Shown here piece after piece: positions 23,715 through 36,800 of a stretch of 64,000 bases of DNA (position 1 is its first letter; every line of letters begins with the position of its first letter). The notes beneath the pieces were generated by a model, which did no database searches, was not told the origin of the DNA, and saw only the letters and a program-made list of their open reading frames with translations. The stretch covers positions 30,380,001 through 30,444,000 of the forward strand of contig CATNEN010000038.1 in NCBI GenBank assembly GCA_950097015.1, in the 5' to 3' direction. Position numbers and translations under genes: made by a program. Source of the stretch: Macrostomum hystrix (lineage: Eukaryota; Animalia; Platyhelminthes).

Positions 23715-26700
23715 ATAAATAGCTCACCGACTTCACCACGTGAAGTCGGTGAGCCGCGCTTAGCTGCTGCGGCGGCCAACAGCGGCAAGACCAAGCGAGG
23801 GCAGCGAAGCATGCGCCGGCGCGTTGAACGCCGGCGTGAGCGAAATCGGCGAGGTCGGCTACGTGGCGCTACCCGTCGAAGTGCTACCACTGCTGGTCCT
23901 TCGGATCTTCCGGGTGGCGCCGGGGACCGTGAGGCTCAACAGCATCGAGCCCCAGCTCTATCAGAAGGCAAGCTTCGGGTCGGGACGCTGAACTGCCGCA
24001 CACTCAAGGCCAACTGGCGGAGAGGAGCGCTGGCGAAGCTAGCTCTAGACCTGGGCTGCGACATCATCTCTCTGCAGGAAGTGTCCATCAGGGCGGAACC
24101 AGGCCTTCACTGTGAAGACCTGGGTGCCGGCTGGACCTTCTACTATTCAACGGCGGACCAACGAGGCCGTGGAGGAGTTGGAGCGCTGATCGGGCCGAGG
24201 CTACAGCAGAGATTTCGATGTGTCTCCTTGTCTGACCGTGTGCTTCGTGTCGACGTCCGGCTCCGCGGCCGGAACGCCCGTCTATTCTGCGTGTACACGC
24301 CCCCTTCCACTCGCCCTGATGAGGCTCAAGGCTTCTTCGAGCAACTCTGCGCTGGTGGAGGAGATGGCACAACGAGACACTGTGGTCGTTCTTGGAGACC
24401 TGAACGCAGTTGCACGGAGGTCCAAGCGGTCGCTGTTTGTTACGCCACGCGAGAACAACAATACCGAAGCACTGGAGGACTTCCTGGAAAGGCAGGACAT
24501 GGTGTCGGCCAACACACGTTTCCGCAAACCACCGAGCAGGCTCGCAACCTTTGTGGGCTGCAAGCGGAGAAGGCGGAATGCGCGCCGCCGAAATGCTACG
24601 CGACGGCTAGCACAGCTCGACCACGTGCTTGTGCGCTCTCGTGAGCAAGGCCGCGTTGCCAATTGCCGCGCTATCACGCCGCTAGTCCTGCGGTCCGATC
24701 ACAAGCTCCTCGTTTGCGACCTCAACCTACGCGATCCGCTCTATCGCCCGCCTAAGCGGCCACCGCGGCGCTACTACCGTGCGCTTAAGGACGCTGACAC
24801 GCGCCGCCGCTTCGCTACCGCATTCACCACCGCGCTGGGCGGCAGGTGTGGAAGTGCCGAGTACGCGGAGATCAGCGCTGCTGTTCGAGCCGCAGCGGAG
24901 CAAGCGGTCCCACTGATGCAGCCGGCCCAGCGTGGGCTGCCGGTCTGGCAGAGTGACCCCGTGATCCAGCAAGCGAGGGAGGAACTGGAGAAGCTCCGTC
25001 TGAGCAGGCGACCTACACGCGAGGCTGAGGAGGCCCTAGCAGTCGTCTACCTGCAACGGCAGCAAGCCGCTGTGGATGACGCCATCAAGGCCGTGTCAGC
25101 CGCTGGGCCCGACGCTAAAGGTCGAGTGGCCTGGTCCGCCATCAATGCTCTGACGGGGCGAAAGCGGCGCCTACAACTGAACTTGGCTGGCGACACTGCT
25201 GAAGAGCGCCGCAACGAGCTGCGCGAGTTCTTCGCCGCCACTGTCAACGCGCCGCCACCCTCGCAACCCAACAACCTGAGACTGCCGCCGGAGACGCCGT
25301 TACCGTCGGCAGAGAGTTTCAACGTGGCACCGGTCACCAAGGATGATGTTGTACTGCTGGCCCAAAAGTCATCGGGCGGCAAAGCGCTGGGTCCAGACGA
25401 GGTACCCATCGAAGCACTGCGGCTCCACTGTGTGGCTGGCGAGGTCACCAGTGTGATGAATCGCGTGCTTTCCGGTGAGGCGGCGCCCAACGAATGGACC
25501 ATGGCCCACATCGTCGCGATTCCGAAGAAGCCGGGCACCACAAAGCTAGAGGAGCATCGAGGCATCTGCCTGCAGTCCTGCGCTGCGAAGCTGTTTAACC
25601 GGATGCTGCTATCCCGGTTGCAGCCCGTGTTGGATCCCTACCTGCGGCCCGAGCAGAACGGGTTCCGACCCCAACGCGGCACAGTGGCGCAGATCCTTGC
25701 TCTTCGCCGAGTCATCGAGGAAGCGAACATCCGCCAGTCGATCCTGATCCTGATCTTCGTAGATTTCAGGAAGGCCTTCGACTCGGTGTTGAGGGCCGCG
25801 CTCCCATTGGTGCTTCGCGCTTACAACGTGCCAGAGCAGCTGGTTTCCGCCGTCATGGCGATGTACCACGACACCAAAGCTGCCGTGATGACACCGGACG
25901 GCCTATCGGATCCCTTTGACACATCCTCCGGAGTGCTTCAAGGGGACACGCTGGCGCCGTTCCTGTTCGTTCTGGTGCTAGACTGGGTGCTGCGCACTGC
26001 CATGCCGACTAATGACGACGGTTTTCTGCTGCGGCGACGCGTGGGTCGACGCCAACCAGAGAGGCGGCTCAGCGTGCTTGGCTACGCCGACGATCTCGCC
26101 CTGCTGTCCTCGACTGTCGAGGGCGCCCAACGCCAGCTGGATAGGCTGGTTGCTGCGGCGGCGAGCGTCGGTCTGGTGGTCAACACGCAGAAGACCGTCG
26201 TGCTCTGCGTGCCGGGCGACATCGAGGCCGCAATTTTCTGCCGAGGCGCTGACGGGCAGGTGGCGGAACTCCCGCGCTGTCAGCAATTCGTCTACCTTGG
26301 CGGTCTGGTGCCTAACGTCCGCGAGGATCTGCGGCGTCGCCGCGGTCTTGCCTGGGCAGCCTTCCACTCGGTGCGAGCTGTCCTGCATTCCGTGGCCCTG
26401 CCTGACCGTCAGAGGGCGGCGCTGTTCCAGGCGGTGGTCGAGACCGTCCTGCTTTACAACGCCGAGACATGGACGCTGACGGAGACGCTGGAGCATCTAG
26501 TCGATGCAGCGCACGCTGGCCTGCTGCGCGCTGCCTTCAAAGTCGGCAATGATGATCGGACCACCAACGTGGCACTCTATCGCCGCGCCGGCCTGACCCG
26601 TCCAAGCGAGCTGTTGCGCCGTTGGCGGCTACAGCTGGCAGGCCACCTAATCCGAGCCGAGGAGTACTGCCCCCAGCCCGTGCAAGAGGTACTTCTGCTG

Positions 26701-26880
26701 ACGACGCAAGCACCCTACCTGCGGGGGCAAGCGCGAACTCGGCGTTTCGTCGACTGCCTGCTAGCCGACGCCGGCGCCCCGGATACTGCCGGGGGTCCTG
26801 CTTTTGTTCGCGCCCAGGCCTTGAAACAAGCCTTCTGACGCCATGGACCATGGAGAGACCTGGCGTATATAATTGTTGTT
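23715..26880 (+). mobile_element. Near full-length RTE-clade non-LTR retrotransposon (APE + RT), one frameshift
   Basis: 23811 frame has APE motifs LRVGTLNCRT, ISLQEV, GGVG. The 24220 frame has LGDLNA, LDHVLV, SDH and RT motifs QGDTLAPFLF, YADDLALLS, YNAETWTLT. Frames switch near 24345. 3' hairpin acgcca..tggcgt and tgttgtt tail; imperfect TSD-like tatataaat(a)gct at 23702 and 26880. Confidence 0.95.
24220..26838 (+). CDS. RTE endonuclease (C-terminal part)/reverse transcriptase ORF
   Basis: 872-aa ORF with intact YADD; the true N-terminus is in the 23811 frame. Confidence 0.92.
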   Translation: MSPCLTVCFVSTSGSAAGTPVYSACTRPLPLALMRLKASSSNSALVEEMAQRDTVVVLGDLNAVARRSKRSLFVTPRENNNTEALEDFLERQDMVSANTRFRKPPSRLATFVGCKRRRRNARRRNATRRLAQLDHVLVRSREQGRVANCRAITPLVLRSDHKLLVCDLNLRDPLYRPPKRPPRRYYRALKDADTRRRFATAFTTALGGRCGSAEYAEISAAVRAAAEQAVPLMQPAQRGLPVWQSDPVIQQAREELEKLRLSRRPTREAEEALAVVYLQRQQAAVDDAIKAVSAAGPDAKGRVAWSAINALTGRKRRLQLNLAGDTAEERRNELREFFAATVNAPPPSQPNNLRLPPETPLPSAESFNVAPVTKDDVVLLAQKSSGGKALGPDEVPIEALRLHCVAGEVTSVMNRVLSGEAAPNEWTMAHIVAIPKKPGTTKLEEHRGICLQSCAAKLFNRMLLSRLQPVLDPYLRPEQNGFRPQRGTVAQILALRRVIEEANIRQSILILIFVDFRKAFDSVLRAALPLVLRAYNVPEQLVSAVMAMYHDTKAAVMTPDGLSDPFDTSSGVLQGDTLAPFLFVLVLDWVLRTAMPTNDDGFLLRRRVGRRQPERRLSVLGYADDLALLSSTVEGAQRQLDRLVAAAASVGLVVNTQKTVVLCVPGDIEAAIFCRGADGQVAELPRCQQFVYLGGLVPNVREDLRRRRGLAWAAFHSVRAVLHSVALPDRQRAALFQAVVETVLLYNAETWTLTETLEHLVDAAHAGLLRAAFKVGNDDRTTNVALYRRAGLTRPSELLRRWRLQLAGHLIRAEEYCPQPVQEVLLLTTQAPYLRGQARTRRFVDCLLADAGAPDTAGGPAFVRAQALKQAF

Positions 26881-28627
26881 ATATAAATGCTCGAAAAATC
26901 TTTCCTTAGTTTTATACTGAACAACACTTGCTGAGACACTTAACTCAGTTTTTCTCACTATTTTAATATCCGTACCTAAAAGGAGCTTAATAAAAAACTA
27001 AATAGAAAACAGTTACTTATACTAATATGATTAGACTTACGTTCGTACTACTTCCAATAGTATAGGCATAACCCTCGATAGATATATTTCCCTTACTAAT
27101 TATTGCTGTTTCCTCGATAACTTATCCTGCCCGTAAAAAAGTATGCTACACCCTTCATTAATCATGCTACCACATGCAGAATCATGCTACCGTCTCAATA
27201 CATCATGATATCTCATATCTCATTTTATAAATCATAAAATATAGTCTCTACTACTAGCTTTAAATTTAATAACAATTGCCGCAAAATTTGAAAATGAACC
27301 ACGCTTGAAGCTGTGTGCTGAACGTTTTTCTTCTAGTTCTGAATCTGATAATGCTTGCAGCTATGCTAATTTTTTTTCCTTTGTTTTAGCATCGAATAAC
27401 GTAGCTAAAGCTCCGTATGCTCGACCAGTTCGTCGAAAAAAATATTTATTTTTATAAACAAATTATTGGCATATTTATAAACGCACGTGCGGGTCAAAAA
27501 GCAGTGAAACAGTCCTATTCAATTGAGAGTATCGGGCCCTGTTCTGTGCTATGCCAATGCACGCGCGGGCGAGAAAAAGCATCGATTAAATCTAATAAGA
27601 CTGACAGTGTCCGGCCCTATTCTAACTTAACCTTGTTTGGCCTCCTATTAAAAGCAATAGGAAAACTAGTTTTTCGAATATTTAATACCCTTAGCATTGA
27701 GACAGAATGATGAAATTGGATCAGTCTAATCCTTAGATTAATTGGCACCTTTTGGTGAAAACACGGTTAAAATTAGTCAAATGACATTTAGTCAAATGGT
27801 TCAAACGGTAGCTAGAATAACAAACTTTAGAAATTTAGTATAGTAGGAAGGATTTTAGCAATAATTTAGGTTTAGATTTATTTTATAGACCTCAAACATA
27901 TAAAATTTAATTCTCACAACCCTTTAAACTATTTTTGATAGTTTTAAAACCAACAAAAACTTTACCGATGCCTAAAACAGGTTCCGCCAAAAAGGCACCC
28001 GCATATTTTTGTTGTTTTTTTATGGGAGAAAATGATGTATATATATTCCACTAGCTAAGTAAACCTGACCCTGCTTTAAATTTAAAATAATTTTAAGTGC
28101 TTCATTTGAAGCATAAAGAATTTTGGAAATCGAAATCACTTAGAAAAAATTGCTAAATAATGCGTGATTGGCATTGACCACGTGTTCGGCTTACTGCGCT
28201 AAGACTACGTTTGATCGCAAAATAACTTTTTGCAATATCTATTGTTTTATATTTGGTATTGATAAACCTATGTCTTTCACAGCATAATTTAGGACAAATT
28301 CGCTCTCTTGTTTTACTATTTTGAAGTATGCACTTTCAACGTGACTGACCTGGTTTTGCAAGAAACTGAGACAACGGTTTATACGAAACAGGAATCTAAA
28401 TAGAAGTCTGGCACAGGAAATCTACGTAGCGTGCATTGTATGGTCTTATTATTTTTACATCCATTCGTTACAGTCTAGACATAGTGTATGGCTAATTTCA
28501 TTTATAAAGTATTTTTACTCTCTTAGTGTTACGATGAAAGTTACCACTTAAAAGCCAATTCTCAACAGCTTTTAATATAGTGTTATTATAAAAAAGGAAA
28601 CGTGTAACAGCTTGACCTAATTATTGT

Positions 28628-28905
28628 CTGTTTCTCTAGTTTATTAATTTTCTCCTGGATAGGTTTTTAATATAGATTATCATTTTTTAAAGATGCCAAT
28701 GGTAGTAATACAAAATTTTATATGTAGAATATATATGTTTATAGTTCAGTTTTTTAGTTTTTTTAGTTTCTCTAGTTTATCTATTTTCTTCTGGATAGTT
28801 TTTTATATACATTATCATTTTTAAAGATACCAATGGTAATGGCCTACCTACCCTAATGCCAATGGTAGGTAGGCCTAATAATACCAAATTTTATATGTAG
28901 AATTA
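28628..28905. repeat. Local tandem duplication, ~110-130 bp
   Basis: gtttctctagttt...ctggatag...attatcattttt..aagat.ccaatggta...aaattttatatgtagaat occurs twice. Confidence 0.7.
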
Positions 28906-29278
28906 TAGTTAGTTATATAGACTATTCTTCAAGTTTAGAATAGGCTTAGAATAGAACTTTTGCATTTTTAGTGTCTTAGGACAAAATGTTTCAACATGAA
29001 TGTAATTTATGAAATAAATGAAACAATATGACATTTTCACTTCTATGACTATGCTAGTCTTTTAATTCAATTTGGATATATTGTATATACCGTGGTCTGG
29101 TCTGGATCATGCTAGCCATAGGCCCTATGCCATTGCTAGAAGGAATTTGACATACTTTTTTCATTTATGCCAAATTAATGCCAAATAAAAATGGCTTTAA
29201 AACTTTACACCAAATTATGTCAATCAGAAAAGGCATCCAGAATAAGGAAAATAATTTACAAAGTAGAAAATATGGTTA

Positions 29279-29921
29279 GGGTAATGTATCATCAACCGAA
29301 CAGTGTATCTTCAAAACCAAACAAGAATTTTTTCTTCTTCCTTGGTCTCGTGCAAGACAGAAACAAGCTATTGTGTTTCACAGAACAACTAATTTGAAAG
29401 TTGAAGAAATTATCTACAAGCTGAGGCATGATGTGCAATGAAGCATTAAGAGGAAAGAAAGATATTGATGATTCAGTAGAAATTTTTATTGCAAAAGCAT
29501 ACATTTTAACAACATTTTTTCAGTATGTACTTTAGATGAAGATTGTATGTGGTTGCTTATTAATTAAATGACCATAAATGTAGTTATTTATAGAGCATGA
29601 AAAATGCTTTCAAATTACATAATTCATGATAGTTCCATCCTTAAAATAAGATTAAACCACTCACTCAAATTGTAAAACCAAACATCAAATTCTCTGTTTG
29701 GTTTGAAGATACATGAAAATCATTGTTCGGTTTTAGATAAAAAGCAGGAATAACTTTTTTTATATTTGATAAATTAGCAAAAGCAGATACTTTTTAGAAA
29801 GATGTAACTGTTTTCTATAACTTGGCTTTTGATTTATCATGATATCTAAAATAGAAAATCTGTAGCTTAGGTTTGAAGTTAAAAAAATACACATTCTTGT
29901 TTGGTTGATGATACATTACCC
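29279..29921. mobile_element. MITE with ~24-bp TIRs and TA TSD (Tc1/mariner-superfamily-like)
   Basis: ta|gggtaatgtatcatcaaccgaaca ... tgtttggttgatgatacattaccc|ta; second copy at 61219-61644. Confidence 0.88.
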
Positions 29922-30857
29922 TAATGTTAATAAGTGTTCTAAACAGAAAGAAAATTTGGAAGAAACAGCAAACAATATATAATGTTCATGAATTTTGTTA
30001 ACTTATAATAACATTGCAAAAGTTGCAAACAAATTTGCTTTAACTGATCATCTGTTTCTTTCTCTATCTAATCTGTTGTACCACTTAATTTATGCCAGAA
30101 CCTATATCAATTTTTTGATTAGACATTTTATTCCAACTGTCATTTTTCTAGAATATAAATTATATACTAAAAAAATTCCAGTCTAAACCATATGAATTCA
30201 GTTATGGTGTATGCATGCATATCCAAAAGTATCTATACAGTCTAATTTTTACACAGATTTTTTCTCATTCAAGTTTTAACATTGCCAATAGCTATTTTAT
30301 TAATAGGTGGCATAGGCCTTGAAGTCTTAGCTTAAGTGTGTAGCTAGCTACCCTATACTAACTTTGGCATCTTAGCCATGCCTTAAGGCAATGCAATAGT
30401 TGCATTTATCTTGAAATTTAGTTTTTAGGAAGCTGCATTAATTTTACTGGGGACAAATTTTCCCAAACAAGTTTTGTCTGAGTTAAACTTAATTAGTCTA
30501 AAAAATCCAGTTTTTCTTCATTTAAGTATTTCCAAAAATCATACACAATTCCATATACTCAGGATCATGTTGAATGCACACCAAAAAATAAATAGAGTAT
30601 GAAGTATAATTTGCTTTTCAAGTATTACTTTGATAATGAAGCCGAATAACTTAAATATTAACAACTTTTTGAAATTGACAATGGCCCCTCATAAAACTTA
30701 TATGAGGATGATTATATATTTTCTATGCATGCATCTGTTATATAGTATATTTATTAAATGTAGGACTTAAAAAATAAAAGTAAAAATAAAACATCCTGCA
30801 CTTTCAGATCTTCTTGGCTATTTCAATTTGAAATTGCATTTTTGAAGCTTCTAGAGA

Positions 30858-33800
30858 ATGTCAAGTCGCACTGATGAAAATTCCACTATGCAAGATGGGG
30901 GTAAGTTGTTTTTAAGCAACAGATTCTTAATTTTTGAAAGTACTCGTAGCTATTGTATTTTGCTATCAAGTTGATACCTTTCTTTATATATTTAGGTGAG
31001 AACATTGTTGATGCACTGCTAAATGACCCCAGTGTTCTAGCCCAGTACCAGAAGGAGCTGTCTATCGATACTAAACTACAAGCTATGGCCAACTATAAAG
31101 GGTAAGTTAATCCACCTATTGAAGGAATAATGATATTATACAAATTATTGATAGTATTTTTTTGAGGTAATCCTTAACGAACTTAGTGTAAGTCTAGAGA
31201 AAACAGTCCATCTTCACAAGGAATTTATATATTGATGGAGTTTAAAATAATTGCATTGATAATTTTCTTCATTTTGTATTCTCTCCTGTTAATATCTAGC
31301 ATTAGCTGTTTAACTAGAGGAAAATTACAACAGGCTCAATTGAATTGACCTTTCTTTAACCTCCCACTACGTCCCCACTCTGATTTCATAATATTGACAG
31401 CATAGCTATGTATGTATATATAAAAGTAGCGTTACAAGTTAAAATAGTTTAAATACAGGCCGCACTGTGTAACCTAGCGCTCTGTTAGCTCGCTTACAGA
31501 CGTTGCCACTGCGTAAGTCGTGTTTTTTGTAAACTGCTGACTTTTTTATTGATTTCCCTAGACTCAAAACTTAGCTTTGGTCGTTTTATTCCCCATTCGA
31601 AGCTTCAAGTTGGGAGTGACGTCGTGCCAAGAATGACTCATGGGAATTGATCGAGTGTGCGCAAAAGTTAAATTTTTTTGCAACCCTAGCTGTTCCGCTT
31701 CGTGAAGACCACCTGGAGTAGCTTAGATATTTTCCGCCGTTTCATTCTTTCTCTCTCTCTCTCTCTGTTACTCTGGTTTCGAGTAACAGCTGAACGAAAC
31801 GACCATGTCCCGAGAAAAGAAACGATTCGGTTAGCCTTCTGAGTCTATTTTGAGCACAGATCGTCTGTTCAACTGTGCTGTGTTTATAAGTTGGGAACGA
31901 TTGAGAATTGGTGTTTCGGCTGAGGAGTGAGGTTTGAAATTCATGTGTATATATACGAGCCTTACTTTCTTGTAAAATTTTCCCCACGTAGTAATTCGCG
32001 TTGTTAAAAAACGACAAACTCGTAGCTTTATAGAATAGTTCTTTTTGAGTAGATTAAAGTGACATGTCTGATATCGAAACTACCGTTGAAGATAAGAGGC
32101 TAGATGCTTTTGGCAAGTATCAGAGGTGAGATTTTTTTAGCTGATTAGTTTATTCGTTTAACAGTGCCCCACAACTTTAATATCATTAAGTCCAAAGGCT
32201 TGCTTAAGCTATTTCTCTTTTGTTTAGGTTCCAAAATTTGTAAAGAGGAGAAATCTCCAAATCCCAAAACTTCAGGATTCCAAATCCCAAAACTTCAGGA
32301 TTCCTAATCCCAAAACTTCAGGATTCCTAATCCCAAAACTTCAGGATTCCAAATCCCAAAACTTCAGGATTCCAAATCCCAAAACTTCAGGATTCCAAAT
32401 CCCAAAACTTAAGGATTCCAAATCCCAAAACTTCAGGATTCCAAATCCCAAAACTTCAGGATTCCTAATCCCAAAACTTCAGGATTCCTTATCCCAAAAC
32501 TTCAGGATTCCTAATCCCAAAACTCCAAATTCTAAAACTAAATTCTCTAACTCTAGGATTCCAAAGCTTGAAATCCAAAACCGGAAATTATGAAACACCA
32601 AATCCTTAAAACTCCCAGATTCGAATTCTCAAAAAACCTTCCAAATTTTAGATCTCAGAACTCCAGAATTTCAGAACTATTAATTCCAAAACTCCTGTAT
32701 TCCTAATAATCAAAATCTTAAAACTCTTGGACTCCAGAACCCAGAGATCCTTTATCCTGTGTTTATAAATCTTTAGTATTTATAAATACAACGTTTCTTT
32801 TTATCCCATTATCCTGTGTCTTAGGATACTTTATAGTCCGGAGCGGCTCTATCTGAGTTAGGGCACGATTTGATTAAGTACACGCAGAGCTGACAACTAG
32901 GACTTTATATCTACTTTGTTCGCCCTTGTCCAGTACCTAAGCATCTCTGAATGGGATTTCTGCTGTCTTGGAGTTGCTCAGCAGACATAGCTGGGCATGA
33001 GTCCAATTTCTCACCCCATAGCTCACCGGAGTTAGGGGGGTAGAGGGAAGAAGGGATTTAGGATTTTAAGGGGAGCAGCGGAGAGAAGCGGATGATGAAC
33101 GACAGTCTGGCTCGATGAGGGAACACAGATAGAGAGAGAGATTAGAGAAAAGACGACGATGATGCTGCGACTGAATGAAAGAAGATTTTAGTCATCTGAG
33201 AATTCCGGATTCTGCTTTCAGATTTGTCATCACTTCAAAGGAATTCTGTGATTTTAACCCACAACCCTGGCTTATTTCTATAATATATGTGTGTGCACGA
33301 TTGCAAATCCCTATCTTTGTGTATGGCATCATTTTGCTTTATGATTGATTTTTTATTTATAATTTTCTTTCTCTACTCGGCGCCTATCTACCGGATACCT
33401 CTGTCTCTCAGTGAAAGTCTTCTTGCCCTGTACGCTGGTTCTCCTACCACTTATTTCCCTGATTTATTATCTTCTCGTCTTGTCTTTTTTCATTAATTTT
33501 CGCTTATTCGGCAGTTTCTCATTCTTATTTTGGCTGTTTCTCATTCATATTAAGGCAGTTTTTCAATAATATATCGGCAGTTTCCCATTCATATTTCGGC
33601 AGTTTCTCATTCATATTTCGGCAGTTTCTCATTCATATTTAGATTGTTTCTCATTCATATTTCGGCAGTTTCTCATTCATATTTCGGCAGTTTCTCATTC
33701 ATATTTCGGCAGTTTCGCATTCATATTTAGATTGTTTCTCATTCATATTTCGGCAGCTTCTCATTCATTTTTCGGCAGTTTCTCATTCATATTTCGGCAG

Positions 33801-36800
33801 TTTCTCATTCATATTTAGATTGCTTCTCATTCATATTTCGGCAGCTTCTCATTCATTTTTCGGCAGCTTCTCATTCATATTTCGGCAGTTTCTCATTCAT
33901 ATTTCGGCAGTTTCTCATTCATATTTCGGCAGTTTCTCATTCATATTTCGGCAGTTTCTCATTCATATTTCGGCAGTTTCTCATTCATATTTAGATTGTT
34001 TCTCATTCATATTTCGGCAGTTTCTCATTCATATTTAGATTGCTTCTCATTCATATTTCGGCAGCTTCTCATTCATTTTTCGGCAGTTTCTCATTCATAT
34101 TTCGGCAGCTTCTCATTCATTTTTCGGCAGTTTCTCATTCATATTTCGGCAGTTTCGCATTCATATTTAGATTGTTTCTCATTCATATTTCGACAGTTTC
34201 TCATTCATATTTCGGCAGCTTCTCATTCATTTTTCGGCAGTTTCTCATTCATATTTAGATTGCTTCTCATTCATATTTCGGCAGTTTCTCATTCATATTT
34301 AGATTGTTTCTTATTCATTTTTCGGCAGTTTCTCATTCATATTTAGATTGTTTCTCATTCATATTTCGGCAGTTTCTCATTCATTTTTCGGCAGTTTCTC
34401 ATTAATATTTCGGCAGTTTCTCATTCATATTTAGATTGTTTCTCATTCATATTTCGGCTGTTTCTCATTTGTATTTAGATTGTTTCTCATTCATATTTCG
34501 GCAGTTTCTCATTCATATTTAGATTGTTTCTCATTCATATTTCGGCAGTTTCTCATTCATATTTCGGCAGTTTCTCATTCATATTTCGGCAGTTTCTCAT
34601 TCATATTTAGATTGTTTCTCATTCATATTTCGGCAGCTTCTTATTCATATTTCGGCAGTTTCGCATTCATATTTAGATTGTTTCTCATTCATATTTCGGC
34701 AGTTTCTCATTCATATTTAGATTGTTTCTCATTCATATTTCGGCAGTTTCTCATTCATATTTCGGCAGTTTCTCATTCATATTTAGATTGTTTCTCATTC
34801 ATATTTCGGCAGCTTCTTATTCATATTTCGGCAGTTTCGCATTAAATGTCGGCAGTTTCTATTTCATATTTTGGCAGTTTCTCATTCATATTTTGGCAGT
34901 TTATGTTTCATATTTTGGCCGTTTCTATTTCATATTTTGGCAGTTTCTATTTCATATTTTGGCAGTTTCTATTTCATATTTTGGCAGTTTCTATTTCATA
35001 TTTCGGTAGTTTCTATTTCATATTTCGGCAGTTTCTTATTCAGATTTCGGCTGTTTCTCATTTGTATTTCGGCTGTTTCTCATTTGTATTTCGACTGTTT
35101 CTCATTCATATTTTGGCAGTTTCTCATTCATATTTCGGCAGTTTCTCATTCATATTTTGGCAGTTTCTTATTTGTATTTCGGCTGTTTCTCTTTATATTT
35201 CGGCTCTTTCTCGTTTATATTTTTGCTGTTTCTCCTTTTTTCGTCAGTTTCTCTTTCATCTTTCAGTTGCTTTTATAGTGAGTCGGTTGTTTCTACTCCA
35301 ATAGTTCTAAATTAATTTTCCCTGCCAGACTGCCGGAGCCCGTGAAGCGCCGGGTTCGCGCACTGAAGAAGCTGCAGTTCCAATCTCTGGGCATCGAGTC
35401 TGAGTTCTATCGCGAGCTGCACGAATTGGAGATTCGCTACGCTGAGAGGTTCTCAGAGAAGCTGAGCAGGCGCCAGCAGATTGTGACTGGCGCCACGGAG
35501 CCAACTGATGAAGAGGCCAATTGGCCTGAGACCACAGAGTCCGAGGTTGAGCTGGCCAACCAGCTTAGAGAAAAGGTGCGGCAGTGCGGCTTGCCAAGTA
35601 ACTCCAAGCTAGTTCTCGGGTTTCTATTCTAGAACTAGAGCTACAGATCCAGGATTTAAACAATAGATTCCATATATTTAAACTAAAAATCTCATAATAC
35701 AGATCCCAGCATGTGAAATATAGATGCCAGATAACTCAACTATTATTTCCAGAAAAAATAGATAAAAAATATGAATTTTGTATCCCAATAAGCAGGATCC
35801 TTAAATCTTTACTTTATCAATAATGACAAAAACAAGAACTATGGATCCCTAAACTATAAATATAGATGCTAAACTATAAATATAGATCCTAAACTCGAAC
35901 TATAGGTCCTTTCAACTATAATAGAACTATAGATCCCTAAACTTGAACTATAGATCCCTAAACTTGAACTATAGATCCCTAAACTAGAACTATAGATCCT
36001 AAACTAGAACTATAGATCCCTCAAACTATAACTACAGATCCCTAAACTAGAACTACAGATCCCTAAAACTAGAACTATAGATCCCTAAACTCGAACCATC
36101 GATCCTTCAAACTAGAAATTTATATCCCCACATGGGAACTATAGATCCCATCCGCCAACTCTGACCCCAGACCGCCCTGACCAACGGCGCGAATATTTCT
36201 GGCGATGTGCCTCAGTCTGGTGAGCAGCAGCCAGTGGGTCCCGGCGTGCCCGGCTTCTGGCTGACCGCCCTAAAGAATGTCGACCTACTCAGCCAGATGA
36301 TTCGCGAACAAGATGAGCCAGTCTTGCGCCACCTCAGCGACATCCGCGTCGTGACATTCAGCGGCGAGCAGAGCGGCTTCGTGCTGGAATTTCATTTCAC
36401 GCCTAATGAGTACTTCTCAAACAGTGTGCTCACTAAGCACTATTACCTGAGAATGGACCCGGATCCCGAGCATCCCTGGGACTACGAGGGCCCGGAGATT
36501 GTGCGCTGCAGCGGCAGCGAAATCCTTTGGAAGGCTGGCAAGAATGTCACAGTGAAGGTGGTGCGCAAAGTGCAGAAGCATCGGGGCAGCGGACAGAAGC
36601 GAACCGTCACCAAGACTGTCGAAGCGGATTCGTTTTTCAACTTTTTCAATCCGCCAACTCAGGGTGAGGCTGGTATTTTGTGTTTTTTGTAGACAAGAGA
36701 AGCTCTGGGGATTGAATCTAAATGAAATTTTCCGTGGTAATATTGCACTCACAGTTCACTGACTCCTGAGCTCACCTTGCGCGCCGATACCGAAACTTTC

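Noticed and set aside
33505-35240. CRISPR-like periodic array and HISAVSHSY ORFs
   Set aside because: Head-to-tail 22-bp units without unique spacers, inside a eukaryotic intron, no cas genes; the ORFs are frame-cycling artefacts.
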